This document shows, piece after piece, positions 39,229 to 49,401 of a stretch of 64,000 nt of DNA; the stretch's first letter is position 1, and every line of letters starts with the position of its first letter. Both the position numbers and the translations under genes were made by a program. The DNA comes from an uncultured Poribacteria bacterium (lineage in GTDB: Bacteria > Poribacteria > WGA-4E > WGA-3G), in assembly GCA_951813565.1 (NCBI GenBank), contig OX638351.1, forward strand, positions 800,001 to 864,000, in the 5' to 3' direction. A model generated the notes under the pieces. It had not been told where the DNA came from, did no database searches, and worked only from the letters and a program-made list of their open reading frames with translations.

Positions 39229-42200
39229 ATGAAAGTAGATAATATCTTCAAAACATTATTGTTTTTTCTAAGTATTTTCACATGTATAGCAATAGTCGGG
39301 ACTCATAGTGCCACTGCTGCCACAATTGGTAAAATCTCTGGTATTGTCACCGCAGAAGCAACAAAACAACCGATAGCGAATGCCAAAGTGACGATTGTGG
39401 GGACAAGTACTACAGCAACAACAAACGATTCTGGCTACTATGTCATGACCAACATTGATCCAGGGGGATATGATGTCCAAGTTGAACTCACCGGATACCG
39501 TTCCAAAACCGTTCAAGCAACGACGGTTTTCGCGGGCCTTACCACAACGATAAACTTTGCTTTAGAGGCTTCTGAAGTTGTTGAGCTTGAAGGCATAACG
39601 GTAACAGCAGCTAAGCCACTCATTAAGAAGGATGTCACGCAAACAACGCGGATAATAGAAGCGGACGAAATCGCCTCTATGCCACGCGACACCGTGAATG
39701 GTATTCTTCAAACACAGGCAGGTGTGGCAGTCCTAAATTCATCTGGCTCGCTTCATATTCGCGGTGGTAGGTCAATGGAGATTAAATATCTTATTGACGG
39801 CATTCCAGTTAATGACCCAATTGGTAGAGGTTTGGGGCTGCAAATTAGCACAAACGCCCTTCAACAGTTGGAGGTCATCACTGGCGGGTTCAATGCAGAA
39901 CACGGTGATGCACAATCCGGTATCATTAATCTTATCACGAAGGCTGGCACACATAAGTTTACGGGCAGAATCAGATACCGGGTTGGTCAATGGGGACAGC
40001 ACCATGGCGATCCAATATACGGTCCCTGGTTAGACCCGGACAATGGCTTCCGACCAGTAGCACTTGAACCTTTTAGAGGGATATTCATCGGTCAACCTTA
40101 TGATTATCAAACACCTTATCGTGGGGATGACACCACAGTTGGGGAGTTGGCAAATCAAGAAGGTGATGATCAAGTAATCTTTACGGAAATTGCTCCCGGC
40201 GTGTATGCAGATAGAACAGAAAACCCACTGCAACCTGTTATTGATACTGAAACAGGCGAACCTAAGATGAATGAAGAGACAGGTGAAGTCATTATGGAAC
40301 GCCAACCTTTCAGGGACGCGGATGGCACCGTAATTGACTATGAGAAGAAACAGGTTACACTGTTAGACGGCTACACTGTGGATTTGGATCAGTACAGTGG
40401 GCAGTTCAACGGGACAAAAGATTATAAGTTATCTCCGAGTCATATCGGGGAATTAGCGCTCAGCGGTCCGATATGGGGTAATCGGTTGACGTTCTCCTTC
40501 GCCAGCCAGTTGCGGCGAGATGAAAGTTATCTGCCCAATAGTGGTAGCGGAGGGCACACGCTTCAGGGTAAACTCAAGTTTGAAATAACGCCCGAAGTCA
40601 AACTCACTGCAAGCGGACTCTATGATGTGCGGGAATTCAACAACTATGGTGGGAGTCTACGTTTTGTACCCGGGGCAATTGAAGTTGACAATAGGGATGG
40701 ACGAAGTCTTTCCGTTCAACTCTCACACAATATTAACTCAGGCACCTTCTATACTTTGACGTTTGGGCAATTCCACCGTTCTTTCGGTAGTCACCAACCC
40801 GGAAAAGTGTGGGATCCGTTGAATAAAACGTTTGAGGAAAACGCCTACGACCCTGAATTATCTTTTGAACAGAATCAAGAGGAAGGAAGGATTAGAAATC
40901 CGGCACAGCAGGCGTATAACGACACAACCTACGACGTTGCGGGAGATAACAACTTCTGGACAACTCGCAATTCTACAACTTCAATTTTCAAAGGCGTTTT
41001 TGCGAGTCAAGTTACAGAAAACCATCAAGTCCAGACAGGTATTGAATTCTCAACGAACCATCTCTACAATCTCGGCACAACAAATTATGGTAGTTCAAAC
41101 CTCTATATGGAGTATTACGACGTAACGCCCACATCCATCAGTTTATATGCCCAAGATAAGATGGAATATGAAGGCATGATTGTGAACGCGGGGTTACGAT
41201 ATGACATATATAATCCGGATGGTATCTCGCCAAAAGATCCGTTAGATCCACTTGAACTGAACGAGGATGATGGCACAATCAAACTGGATTATGATACTTA
41301 TAACGTTGGACTGCCGGTTATCAAAGATCCGGTTGAAGCTTCTACGAAACACATGATTGCACCACGTCTCGGTATCTCGTTCCCGGTTACCGATAGGGCG
41401 AAGTTGCACTTTACTTATGGGCACTATTACCAGATACCACGCGGTGATGACCTCTACGAGAATCTCAGTTTTGATATGCGTGGGGCAATCCGAAGAAGAG
41501 GCAACCCTAACCTCGAACCAGAGAGAACCATCGCCTATGAAGTCGGAATAGCCCAGCAGTTTACGGACGACTTAACCTTTGACATAACAGGATTCACAAA
41601 GGATATTGACAACCTTGTCAGTAGTGTGCATGTTGACATCACAAACGATTATAGTTATTTCATCAATGACATCTATGGACGCGTTCAAGGGGTTGAACTC
41701 ACAATCCGTAAGTGGCGGACAGGTGGAGGTCCGGTTTCCGGTATGCTCAGTTATACCTATTCTGTTGCGAAGGGAAAAGGTTCCAGCCGAAATCTGGGAT
41801 ACCTCACTTATTACCGACAACAACCTGAAGTGACCGAAAGTCATCCGTTAGCATGGGATCAGCGGCATATTGTGTCCGCTGCGTTGGATGTTCAATTGCC
41901 TTTTACTTCGGCTGTTAACTTTGTCGGCAGATACGCCAGCGGTTTGCCATACACGCCAAATCCGAGAGCACCGATTAAACCTGCTATTAACTCAAAGCGT
42001 TACCCTGCAACTTACAATGTTGATGCGCTTGTTAGCAAACGGAGCCGACTTGGAGGGATAACGTATACCTTCTTTGCGGATATTCGGAATATCTTCAACA
42101 CGAAAAATCTGGATAACTTGCTTGACGCAGTAACGTATGACCGATACGGTATCCCGTTGACTGCACAGAAGCATTCCAGTCCAGCTTCATGGAGTTCTCC

Positions 42201-42237
42201 CCGCTTGATTATGGTGGGCGTGAGTTTGGATTTTTAG
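39229..42237 (+). CDS. TonB-dependent receptor with an N-terminal carboxypeptidase-regulatory-like domain
   Basis: Signal peptide; plug 'LHIRGGRS.E..Y.IDG', 'TGGFNAEHG.AQSGIIN'; 'GNPNLEPERTIAYEVG'; C-terminal Phe. Confidence 0.92.
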   Translation: MKVDNIFKTLLFFLSIFTCIAIVGTHSATAATIGKISGIVTAEATKQPIANAKVTIVGTSTTATTNDSGYYVMTNIDPGGYDVQVELTGYRSKTVQATTVFAGLTTTINFALEASEVVELEGITVTAAKPLIKKDVTQTTRIIEADEIASMPRDTVNGILQTQAGVAVLNSSGSLHIRGGRSMEIKYLIDGIPVNDPIGRGLGLQISTNALQQLEVITGGFNAEHGDAQSGIINLITKAGTHKFTGRIRYRVGQWGQHHGDPIYGPWLDPDNGFRPVALEPFRGIFIGQPYDYQTPYRGDDTTVGELANQEGDDQVIFTEIAPGVYADRTENPLQPVIDTETGEPKMNEETGEVIMERQPFRDADGTVIDYEKKQVTLLDGYTVDLDQYSGQFNGTKDYKLSPSHIGELALSGPIWGNRLTFSFASQLRRDESYLPNSGSGGHTLQGKLKFEITPEVKLTASGLYDVREFNNYGGSLRFVPGAIEVDNRDGRSLSVQLSHNINSGTFYTLTFGQFHRSFGSHQPGKVWDPLNKTFEENAYDPELSFEQNQEEGRIRNPAQQAYNDTTYDVAGDNNFWTTRNSTTSIFKGVFASQVTENHQVQTGIEFSTNHLYNLGTTNYGSSNLYMEYYDVTPTSISLYAQDKMEYEGMIVNAGLRYDIYNPDGISPKDPLDPLELNEDDGTIKLDYDTYNVGLPVIKDPVEASTKHMIAPRLGISFPVTDRAKLHFTYGHYYQIPRGDDLYENLSFDMRGAIRRRGNPNLEPERTIAYEVGIAQQFTDDLTFDITGFTKDIDNLVSSVHVDITNDYSYFINDIYGRVQGVELTIRKWRTGGGPVSGMLSYTYSVAKGKGSSRNLGYLTYYRQQPEVTESHPLAWDQRHIVSAALDVQLPFTSAVNFVGRYASGLPYTPNPRAPIKPAINSKRYPATYNVDALVSKRSRLGGITYTFFADIRNIFNTKNLDNLLDAVTYDRYGIPLTAQKHSSPASWSSPRLIMVGVSLDF

Positions 42238-42252
42238 GAAAAACACGAAACA

Positions 42253-42786
42253 ATGAAAAAAATTATTATAATTTTGATCGTCCTGGTTGTCTTGGTTGCC
42301 TCTGTGATAACCGTTTTCTCCGTGAACTATTTCATGCTTGGTAAGCCGATGGCAGAGACTTTAAAATCCGATTCGCGCAATTCTGGAATCCGTATAGCAG
42401 CCCGTTATGGGAACTATTTACTTCCATCATTACTTGTTATAGATGTGAAAGAAGTTTCTGACGAAAATAGTGCTGCAGATGTGTTCAGAGTTCTTTTGCA
42501 ATACGCGTCGGAAATTCAGAAGATGGAATTTGAAAAAGTCAATTTGAATTCCAAAGGCAAAGCCAAATTTTACCTAAAAGGAGATTACTTTCGCGAATTA
42601 GGTGAAGAATATGATTTTCAGAATCCCGTTTATACAATGCGAACGTTTCCAGAGAATGTTTACAACTTGGACGGTCAAAAAGCCTTTCCTACTTGGACAG
42701 GCGGTATAATAGGCGTTACTGGAAAGCAAATTGAGGATTTTAATGAATTTCATAAACAATGGTACATAAATGATCTATTTGAATAA
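42253..42786 (+). CDS. Hypothetical membrane-anchored protein
   Basis: N-terminal TM anchor; 'ADVFRVLLQ', 'QNPVYTMRTFPEN', 'DFNEFHKQWY'. Confidence 0.7.
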   Translation: MKKIIIILIVLVVLVASVITVFSVNYFMLGKPMAETLKSDSRNSGIRIAARYGNYLLPSLLVIDVKEVSDENSAADVFRVLLQYASEIQKMEFEKVNLNSKGKAKFYLKGDYFRELGEEYDFQNPVYTMRTFPENVYNLDGQKAFPTWTGGIIGVTGKQIEDFNEFHKQWYINDLFE

Positions 42787-42791
42787 GGCTA

Positions 42792-43003
42792 ATGACTGAC
42801 AAAACCAACCTCAATGACGAATTCCGTTCTGAGTATGACGAAACTTTGCTGAAAACGGCACTCGCGAAAAATATGCTGAGCAGTCCGCTGCTGGCACAAA
42901 CATTGTTCGCCTTGACCCGGATGTTGCCGCTGCTTTTCCGAATGAAGAAGCCGTTAATGAAGCGTTACGATCTGTATTGAAAGAGAGAAATAAGGAGAAA
43001 TAA
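42792..43003 (+). pseudogene. Frameshifted small antitoxin-like gene (BrnA-like)
   Basis: 'MTDKTNLNDEFRSEYDETLLK' shifts frame into 'NGTREKYAEQSAAGTNIVRLDPDVAAAFPNEEAVNEALRSVL'. Confidence 0.6.
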
Positions 43004-43005
43004 CC

Positions 43006-43266
43006 ATGTCCACTACTATTGAAGGCGTATATCACAACGGGAAAATTGAACTATCAGAAACGCCCAAAGATGCATGCGAAGGCACACGCGCTGTCGTAAC
43101 TTTCCTACCACCAGGTGCTGTAGATTTAAGAGAGCATGGTATTGACAAAGTCCGAGCAGCGGAGTTGCGTGCTCGCTTGGCGTGTTTTGCCGAAGATTGG
43201 GAAAGCCCTGAAATGGATATCTATGACAACTATGATGAGGAGAAAGCCAAGTTACAAACGCGGTAG
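43006..43266 (+). CDS. Putative antitoxin (AF2212/DUF104-like N-terminus)
   Basis: 'TIEGVYHNGKIELSETP...AVVTFL', acidic tail 'WESPEMDIYD'; overlapped by the stub 'MTTMMRRKPSYKRG' (43223-43264). Confidence 0.6.
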   Translation: MSTTIEGVYHNGKIELSETPKDACEGTRAVVTFLPPGAVDLREHGIDKVRAAELRARLACFAEDWESPEMDIYDNYDEEKAKLQTR

Positions 43267-43318
43267 TGAGTGGAAAATTTGTTACAAACAAGACTTGGTT
43301 GTTAATATCGGAGAATCA

Positions 43319-44158
43319 ATGAACCTTCAAAAAACAGTACCACTTTCAGCTGTTTACCCAAGACAAAGTGGTGAGAGGGATTTCTCAGCAGATCTTGCTA
43401 AGAATCTCAAGGAGCTGAACGTTGGGAAGTTTGAAGATGCAGAGACGGAAGCCAACGTTGGAACGCGCAGAGCAGATATCGTCGCTACCGGTGAAGATGG
43501 TACACTCGTAGTTGAAAACCAATTTAACAAAGCAAATTGGGATCACTGGGGTAGACTTGAGGCTTATGCGCGTCTGAAGAAAGCTGGTGTGGCAGTGTTA
43601 GTGGCTGAAGACTTTGAGGAATTGATGATCGTTACATGCAATCTACGCAATGAAGATAATAAAGTCAACTGGTATCTGATTCAAGCTCAAGCAAATTCAC
43701 ACGATGAATTATCCTTTCACCACGTTGCGCGACCTGCAATAGATATCCAGACCGAAAGGAAAATTGATACTGAATATAGTGAATTTTGGACACCAATTCT
43801 TCAAGGTGAATTCGGAAAACTATTCGTAGGAAAATCAACTTCTCTACGTGACGATGGTTGGATGGAGGGTGAGACAATTGGGGATGTAGAAATGTGGTTC
43901 AAACTTATTAACCGGGAATGTTATATTCAATTATATTTTCGGGGAGAAAATCCTTCGGAGCTTAGGGACAAAGTAATCGAATTATTTCCAAAATCAGATT
44001 ACGATTATGAATATACAGACACATCCACGAAAATAAGAGTTAAATTTCCCGTCCTTGACAAAGGCAAAAATGACCGAGATGATTGGGATGAAATCCGAGA
44101 AAAATTAGTCACCATGGGCACCGACATCTACAATAAAATTAGCGAGTCTGGCTTATAG
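43319..44158 (+). CDS. DUF4268-like protein with an N-terminal PD-(D/E)xK-like nuclease fold
   Basis: 'ERDFS..L', 'TEANVG...ADIVA', 'VVENQ....WDHWGRL..YA', 'YSEFW'. ATG at 43319 after GGAG. Confidence 0.65.
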   Translation: MNLQKTVPLSAVYPRQSGERDFSADLAKNLKELNVGKFEDAETEANVGTRRADIVATGEDGTLVVENQFNKANWDHWGRLEAYARLKKAGVAVLVAEDFEELMIVTCNLRNEDNKVNWYLIQAQANSHDELSFHHVARPAIDIQTERKIDTEYSEFWTPILQGEFGKLFVGKSTSLRDDGWMEGETIGDVEMWFKLINRECYIQLYFRGENPSELRDKVIELFPKSDYDYEYTDTSTKIRVKFPVLDKGKNDRDDWDEIREKLVTMGTDIYNKISESGL

Positions 44159-44182
44159 TTCGTATTAGAGAGGTGAATCAAA

Positions 44183-44359
44183 ATGAAAAATCAAACTTTT
44201 ACGGCAAGTATATGGCAAGAAGACAATTGGTTTATTGCCCAATGTTTAGAGGTTGACATTGCAAGTCAAGGAGAAAGCGAAGAGGAAGCTTTAGTTAATC
44301 TGACAGAAGCATTGGAACTTTACTTTGAGCCTCCTCAACCAAGTATGAAACCGATGTAA
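44183..44359 (+). CDS. HicB-family antitoxin, short or truncated, no hicA (absent from the ORF track)
   Basis: Translates 'MKNQTFTASIWQEDNWFIAQCLEVDIASQGESEEEALVNLTEALELYFE'. Confidence 0.8.
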   Translation: MKNQTFTASIWQEDNWFIAQCLEVDIASQGESEEEALVNLTEALELYFEPPQPSMKPM

Positions 44360-44499
44360 AGTGGTTCAAAAAATGGGATGCCAAAGAGGTATGTGTTGGT
44401 CAAAAAGGCGGAAGTGAAGGTTTTTACATCAAATTAGGAGCAAGATATAACGAACACGGATGGTTCGTGTGGGACAATTTTCTTGAACTTCTCAACTGA
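44359..44499 (+). pseudogene. Start-less C-terminal fragment, GNAT-like
   Basis: 'KWFKKWDAKEVCVG...EGFYIKLGA...WFVWDN' has the F-Y-x-K-L-G pattern of GNAT C-termini. Confidence 0.4.
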
Positions 44500-44958
44500 T
44501 AAAAAAGGTTAAGTAACAGTATTTAATAATCTATATATTTCTTGATATTTACGGGCATAATACTATGCTTGTCTTTTGACATGATTGTGTCTGTATCTCA
44601 GTTTTCTATCTGTAGTTTTTGACATGTGTCACGTATCATAACACTTTGGCTGCAAGAGTGCCTTTAGAGATGATAGACGGATTCTCGGTGGATACTTGGA
44701 TATGTCTCAAGCAAGCCGAAAAGCGTTGATAAAAAATGACAGGCGGAAAGCATAAAAAACCTGTCTGGTAGCGTGTCGTCGCAGCGCATAACAAACCAAG
44801 CAGACAATTGCATAAAGAGAAAATAGGCGCGTGTCTATTGTAGACACGCTTTGGTAGATAGACCCTGGGTATCCTCGGATACCTTGCAAAACGTGTATTT
44901 CCCGCGATATCCAATGTATTACACGGAAATATATAGTTTAAAACTATCGGAACTTAAA

Positions 44959-45960
44959 ATGGACAAAAATTATAAGGTTGCAATCATCGGTTGCGGTGGC
45001 ATTTCTCACATGCACGCCGGTTGGTATGTGAACGAACCAAGGGCGACTATAACCGCAATTGCCGATCTCGACGAAGAACGTCTAAAAGCTTATGCCGAAA
45101 GATATGAGGTCAAAAAACCTTACACCGATTACATCGAAATGCTTGAGACAGAAGAAATTGATCTGGTTTCAGTCTGTACGCGCCCGAAACTACATGCGCC
45201 ACTCGTCATTGAAACTGCAAAACACGGTGTCAAAGGCATTCTGTCTGAAAAACCGATGGCAGAAAACCTCGGACAAGGAAAGGCGATGCTTGAGTCGTGT
45301 TCTGAACACGGCGTGAAGTTGGCAATTGACCATCAAGTGCGGTTTAGCGCACCGTATCAGCACGCACAACAGATGATTGCCGAAGGTGCTATTGGTGACA
45401 TTTTCCGCATTCACGGCATCTGTGGCGGTGGTGACCTGAAGGATAATGCTACGCATACCGTTGACCTTATGCTGTATGTCTACGGGGACCGTCCTGTCAG
45501 TTGGGTAATAGGTCAGATTGAACGTATCGGTACACCGACTAAATACGATCTGCACTCCGAGGATTTCGCGATCGGTTACTTCAAGTTTGAAGACAATGTG
45601 CGAGGCATCATAGAATCGGGGAACGATACCGCACCGGGTTATCATCACATCTACTGCTACGGCACAGAAGGCGAAATTGAACTCGCTGCCCCAGGCGGAC
45701 CGGGTATCCGTTATCGCAATCAAGAGACTGGTGGCGAATGGGCGACACCAGAACTAACTCCCGAAATTACCCCTGTGCGTGACCTAATTAACGCCATTGA
45801 AGAGGACAGAGAACATCGCTCAAGTGGACATTGTGGATATGCTACGCTTGAACTGCTCATGGCAATTTATGAATCATCTCGGAAACGACAGCGAGTACAA
45901 CTACCAATGGAAGAGATGGAATCGCCATTAACATTGATGATTGAGGATGGATGGGTATAA
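44959..45960 (+). CDS. Gfo/Idh/MocA-family oxidoreductase
   Basis: 'KVAIIGCGGI', 'ILSEKPMA', 'DNATHTVD'. Confidence 0.93.
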   Translation: MDKNYKVAIIGCGGISHMHAGWYVNEPRATITAIADLDEERLKAYAERYEVKKPYTDYIEMLETEEIDLVSVCTRPKLHAPLVIETAKHGVKGILSEKPMAENLGQGKAMLESCSEHGVKLAIDHQVRFSAPYQHAQQMIAEGAIGDIFRIHGICGGGDLKDNATHTVDLMLYVYGDRPVSWVIGQIERIGTPTKYDLHSEDFAIGYFKFEDNVRGIIESGNDTAPGYHHIYCYGTEGEIELAAPGGPGIRYRNQETGGEWATPELTPEITPVRDLINAIEEDREHRSSGHCGYATLELLMAIYESSRKRQRVQLPMEEMESPLTLMIEDGWV

Positions 45961-46001
45961 GTCAAACTGATAACTTTAAAGTAAGCCATAGGAGAAAATA
46001 G

Positions 46002-46631
46002 ATGGACATTGATTTCCGCATATTTTCAATTATGTTTGGATTTTTGGCAGCCTTTTTTTTGATAATCGGATTGCGAGGAATTCTGACGAGAAAACCATTC
46101 TTGCTATCAAATAGATGGCTGCTTGTACTCATGTTTGTAACGTTTATACCAATCATTTTACTGCCTTTCTATTTTGCGTTACCTGACATGGATATCACAA
46201 AAATGGATTTGATGGAATGGTTAAATCCTGCGATATTTACAGTAATTCTTGTAATGATGTGTTTCGCATTGAAGGGCTATGTAGCTTATGGCGTTACCGA
46301 TACGTCTTTCCGTGAAGCACTCCTTGCAGCTCTCGAAAAACTTCAGTTGCCTTATGAAGAAACCTTATCTACCATGCGATTAACATCTATTGATGCCGAC
46401 CTACAAGTTTCTATTCAGTCTTGGTTGGGATCAGGCATGATCAAGATTAAGCAGCGCGAACACCGTACACTGCTTACAGAAATAGTTGCTGAAATGAACA
46501 GGTATTTTAGCGGGTCATCCACACCAATAAAACTCACCACTTGTATTTTCTATGTGGTTATGGGAGGACTAACGGTCATTGGAGGTATTGGGATGGTGTT
46601 TTTCTTCCAAAAAATCCTTATGAAGATATAA
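46002..46631 (+). CDS. Hypothetical membrane protein
   Basis: Four hydrophobic segments; AGGAG RBS. Confidence 0.7.
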   Translation: MDIDFRIFSIMFGFLAAFFLIIGLRGILTRKPFLLSNRWLLVLMFVTFIPIILLPFYFALPDMDITKMDLMEWLNPAIFTVILVMMCFALKGYVAYGVTDTSFREALLAALEKLQLPYEETLSTMRLTSIDADLQVSIQSWLGSGMIKIKQREHRTLLTEIVAEMNRYFSGSSTPIKLTTCIFYVVMGGLTVIGGIGMVFFFQKILMKI

Positions 46632-46694
46632 ATCTATTAAAAACGCTAAAAGCAAGGAAAAGTATTCCTATTTCAGACACTCAGGACATAACAG

Positions 46695-48548
46695 ATGATT
46701 TTTGAAAGTTCAAACGCAAAAAATCAATCAGTCCTAATAAAAATCATCCTATTGTGTATACTGATTACCTCCTTTGTTTTGGTGTTGCGAAACCTTGGGC
46801 ACAGCAAGATTCACTATTGGGACGAAGGTTTCCACGCTATGGTCGCGCGGAATTTAACGAAACATCCGTTAAAGTTCACGTTATACGATCAACCTTGGCT
46901 GGAATATAATTATAAAAGTTGGGGAGAGAACCATATATGGCTACATAAACCGCCTGTCGCCATGTGGAAAATCTGTCTCTCACACTTTATTTTTGGCATC
47001 AACGCTTTTGCACTTAGGTTACCATCTGCTATCAGTCTTGCTGTATCAGCATGGTTGACATATAGAATCGCTTCCGATCTTTTTGATAAACGTGCAGGTC
47101 TCATCGCAGCGTTCCTTCAGGCGTTCAATCCGTTTCTCTTTGAATCTGTTCACGGTTATCGTTTTTCGGATCACATTGACATCGCGCTATTACTCTGGGT
47201 TCAAGTTTCATGTTGGTTTTTACTTCGGGCGATACGAACCGGAAAAAGGAGAAATTATATCTTATCAGGGATAGCGATGGGTATCGCCTATCTCTCAAAA
47301 AGTTATCTGGCACTTATCACTTTTGGGATTGCGTTGGTTGTCTGGTTTGTTGCGTGGTACAAACGCAGAAGCCAAACTCATGATGCATCTACTGATGAAC
47401 CTGCAACGGTTGAAGTACAAGAATCGGATTATCCTATATCAGGTGAAGAAGACGCGCGAATCCGACTCAGTGATGTCGGATTACAACTTCTGGCTGGAAT
47501 CCTAACTGTTGTTCCGTGGGCAACCTATTGCTTGATAAAATATCCTCAAGAATTTATATGGGAACATAAACGTGTAATTGACCACCTTAATACGAATGTT
47601 GAAAATTGGGCTGCATCGTGGGACCGTCCACTGTTTGAATATATGCCGTTGTTCTATCCGTTTTTCTATGCAGCGCTCTTTGCGGTTGTGTTGTGTTTGC
47701 TGGTGATGATGTTCAAACGTTGGCGATTACCGGAACTATTTGTATTAGCGTGGGCTATCGGTGTAATTGTTCCGCACACACTCGCACAAACTAAAACACC
47801 ATCGGCGACGATGATTGCTGTGCCACCCTTACTAATTTGCCTTGCAGCGGTCATTAGCAGGGCATGGCAACGAAAGGATTGGCTTTACACGGCAATTTGG
47901 AGCGCATCAATGTTGTCTCTTATTGGCATCATTGCAATAGCAACTCAAACTAAAGGAAATGTCCAAATTCGAAATATGATTCCGATTGATGGCATAAGAA
48001 GTTTCGCTCCCTTCATCCATAAACATTTTTGGATTATTGAGCAACTTTTCGGATTTGGTGTACTGCTTGCATTTTTCGTTGGCATTTATTTGATAAGCAA
48101 AAGAGAGTGGCAAAGATGGATATGGCTTGGAGTCCGCATAGTGGCACTTGTAATTGCTGTTTTTTACGCGGGACGTTATGTCCATGCAGCATACAGGGTC
48201 ACTGAGCGAAATGCACAGATTCCGCTGTATGTAGAAAGCGGAAAACGTATCCAACGAGAATTACCTGAAAATGTCTGCTTTTTCCTTGACGATGAGCGTA
48301 CCGGCGCACACTTTGATCTTATGTATTACGCTGACCGGTCAACCTATCAGATTAATAACGTTCACATGAAGGCACCTCGCAATGTTGCACGACAAGCAAG
48401 AGAAGCACGTGCAGCTGGCGCAATTCCGTATCTTTTTTCTCTTAAGCAGACAAAGTACAGTTATCCGCTGCTTATTGAAGACGAGATAGATGTCGGAAAT
48501 GGAAAAAAACAGCGGTATCGCATTTATGAAATCACAGAAACACAGTGA
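46695..48548 (+). CDS. GT-C (ArnT/PMT-like, family 39/83) membrane glycosyltransferase
   Basis: 'WDEGFHAMVAR', 'HKPP', 'FALRLPSA', 'GIAYLSK'; many TM helices. Confidence 0.88.
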   Translation: MIFESSNAKNQSVLIKIILLCILITSFVLVLRNLGHSKIHYWDEGFHAMVARNLTKHPLKFTLYDQPWLEYNYKSWGENHIWLHKPPVAMWKICLSHFIFGINAFALRLPSAISLAVSAWLTYRIASDLFDKRAGLIAAFLQAFNPFLFESVHGYRFSDHIDIALLLWVQVSCWFLLRAIRTGKRRNYILSGIAMGIAYLSKSYLALITFGIALVVWFVAWYKRRSQTHDASTDEPATVEVQESDYPISGEEDARIRLSDVGLQLLAGILTVVPWATYCLIKYPQEFIWEHKRVIDHLNTNVENWAASWDRPLFEYMPLFYPFFYAALFAVVLCLLVMMFKRWRLPELFVLAWAIGVIVPHTLAQTKTPSATMIAVPPLLICLAAVISRAWQRKDWLYTAIWSASMLSLIGIIAIATQTKGNVQIRNMIPIDGIRSFAPFIHKHFWIIEQLFGFGVLLAFFVGIYLISKREWQRWIWLGVRIVALVIAVFYAGRYVHAAYRVTERNAQIPLYVESGKRIQRELPENVCFFLDDERTGAHFDLMYYADRSTYQINNVHMKAPRNVARQAREARAAGAIPYLFSLKQTKYSYPLLIEDEIDVGNGKKQRYRIYEITETQ

Positions 48549-48592
48549 CTAAATTTACTGAAGGGTAAACCCCTTAGTATGGTATAATATGC

Positions 48593-48953
48593 ATGAGAAT
48601 AATATCGCACCGCACTTTGAGGAATTTTGGGCGAAGCATTCTGATGCTGAACGTGCTCTTCAAGCATGGTATGCTAACCTAAGTTGCTACGGACAAGATT
48701 TCAAGCTTGCAGACATTGCTTTTTACTGAAAAACAAGGATTTCCAGCTAATTCTTATGCTTTCTTTTCTAAATCGGGGTTAGAAACCCCTCCTACAAGAG
48801 CATTCGCGATATAGGTAGCAACTTGGGTTATTTAACATTAAGGGCAATGTTTATCGGTTGGTAGTAGCGATAAATTATCAGTACGGTATTATTTACATTC
48901 GATTTATTGGGACGCACCAAGAATACGATAGAATCAATGCCGCTACGGTGTAA
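48593..48953 (+). pseudogene. higB: HigB toxin: frameshifted, internally deleted and interrupted by a MITE
   Basis: 'MRIISHRTLR/EFWAKHSDAERALQAWYA', then the MITE, then 'FNIKGNVYRLVVAINYQYGIIYIRFIGTHQEYDRI'. Confidence 0.88.
48677..48828. mobile_element. 152-bp MITE (copy 1) with AC-terminated IS982-like ends
   Basis: TIR ACCTAAGTTGCTAC / GTAGCAACTTGGGT; near-identical to 55938-56089. Confidence 0.9.
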
Positions 48954-48963
48954 GGTGATAATT

Positions 48964-49338
48964 ATGAAAGTTAAACCAATCAAAACTGAAGCAGATTATA
49001 ACGCTGCACTAAAAAATATAGAACAACTCTGGGACGCAAGTTACGGTTCACCAGAAGGTGATAAGTTAGATGTTCTTGTGACACTGGTGGATGTTTACGA
49101 AAATGAACATTATCCTATTCAACCCCCAGACCCTATTGATGCAATTCTTCACTATATGGAGAGTCATGGACTCACCGAACATGATCTTGAACCTTATATC
49201 GGTTCATGTTTCTGCGTATCAGAAATTTTAAATCGACAACGTACCTTATCTCTGGAGATGATTCGGAAATTACACAAAGGTCTTGGAATTTCGGCGGATA
49301 TTTTGATTCAACCTTATGCGTTACAAACCGCGTCATGA
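48964..49338 (+). CDS. higA: HigA-family antitoxin
   Basis: 'PIKTEADYNAAL', 'EGDKLDVLVTLV..YE', 'PDPIDAI', HTH 'VSEILNRQRTLSLEMIRKLH'. Confidence 0.9.
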   Translation: MKVKPIKTEADYNAALKNIEQLWDASYGSPEGDKLDVLVTLVDVYENEHYPIQPPDPIDAILHYMESHGLTEHDLEPYIGSCFCVSEILNRQRTLSLEMIRKLHKGLGISADILIQPYALQTAS

Positions 49339-49401
49339 ATTCCAAATGCATTTTCAGTGGAAACGATTTTTATCAACCCGAAATATAGAGGTAAAAGAAA
49401 T

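Noticed and set aside
43136..43318. N-terminal extension of the DUF4268-like ORF
   Set aside because: It overlaps the upstream gene; a better start with RBS lies at 43319, and the extension includes a probable toxin stub.
42240..49340. Integron cassette array
   Set aside because: Genes are co-oriented and small, but gaps are too short or lack RYYYAAC...GTTRRRY attC structure, and no integrase is present.
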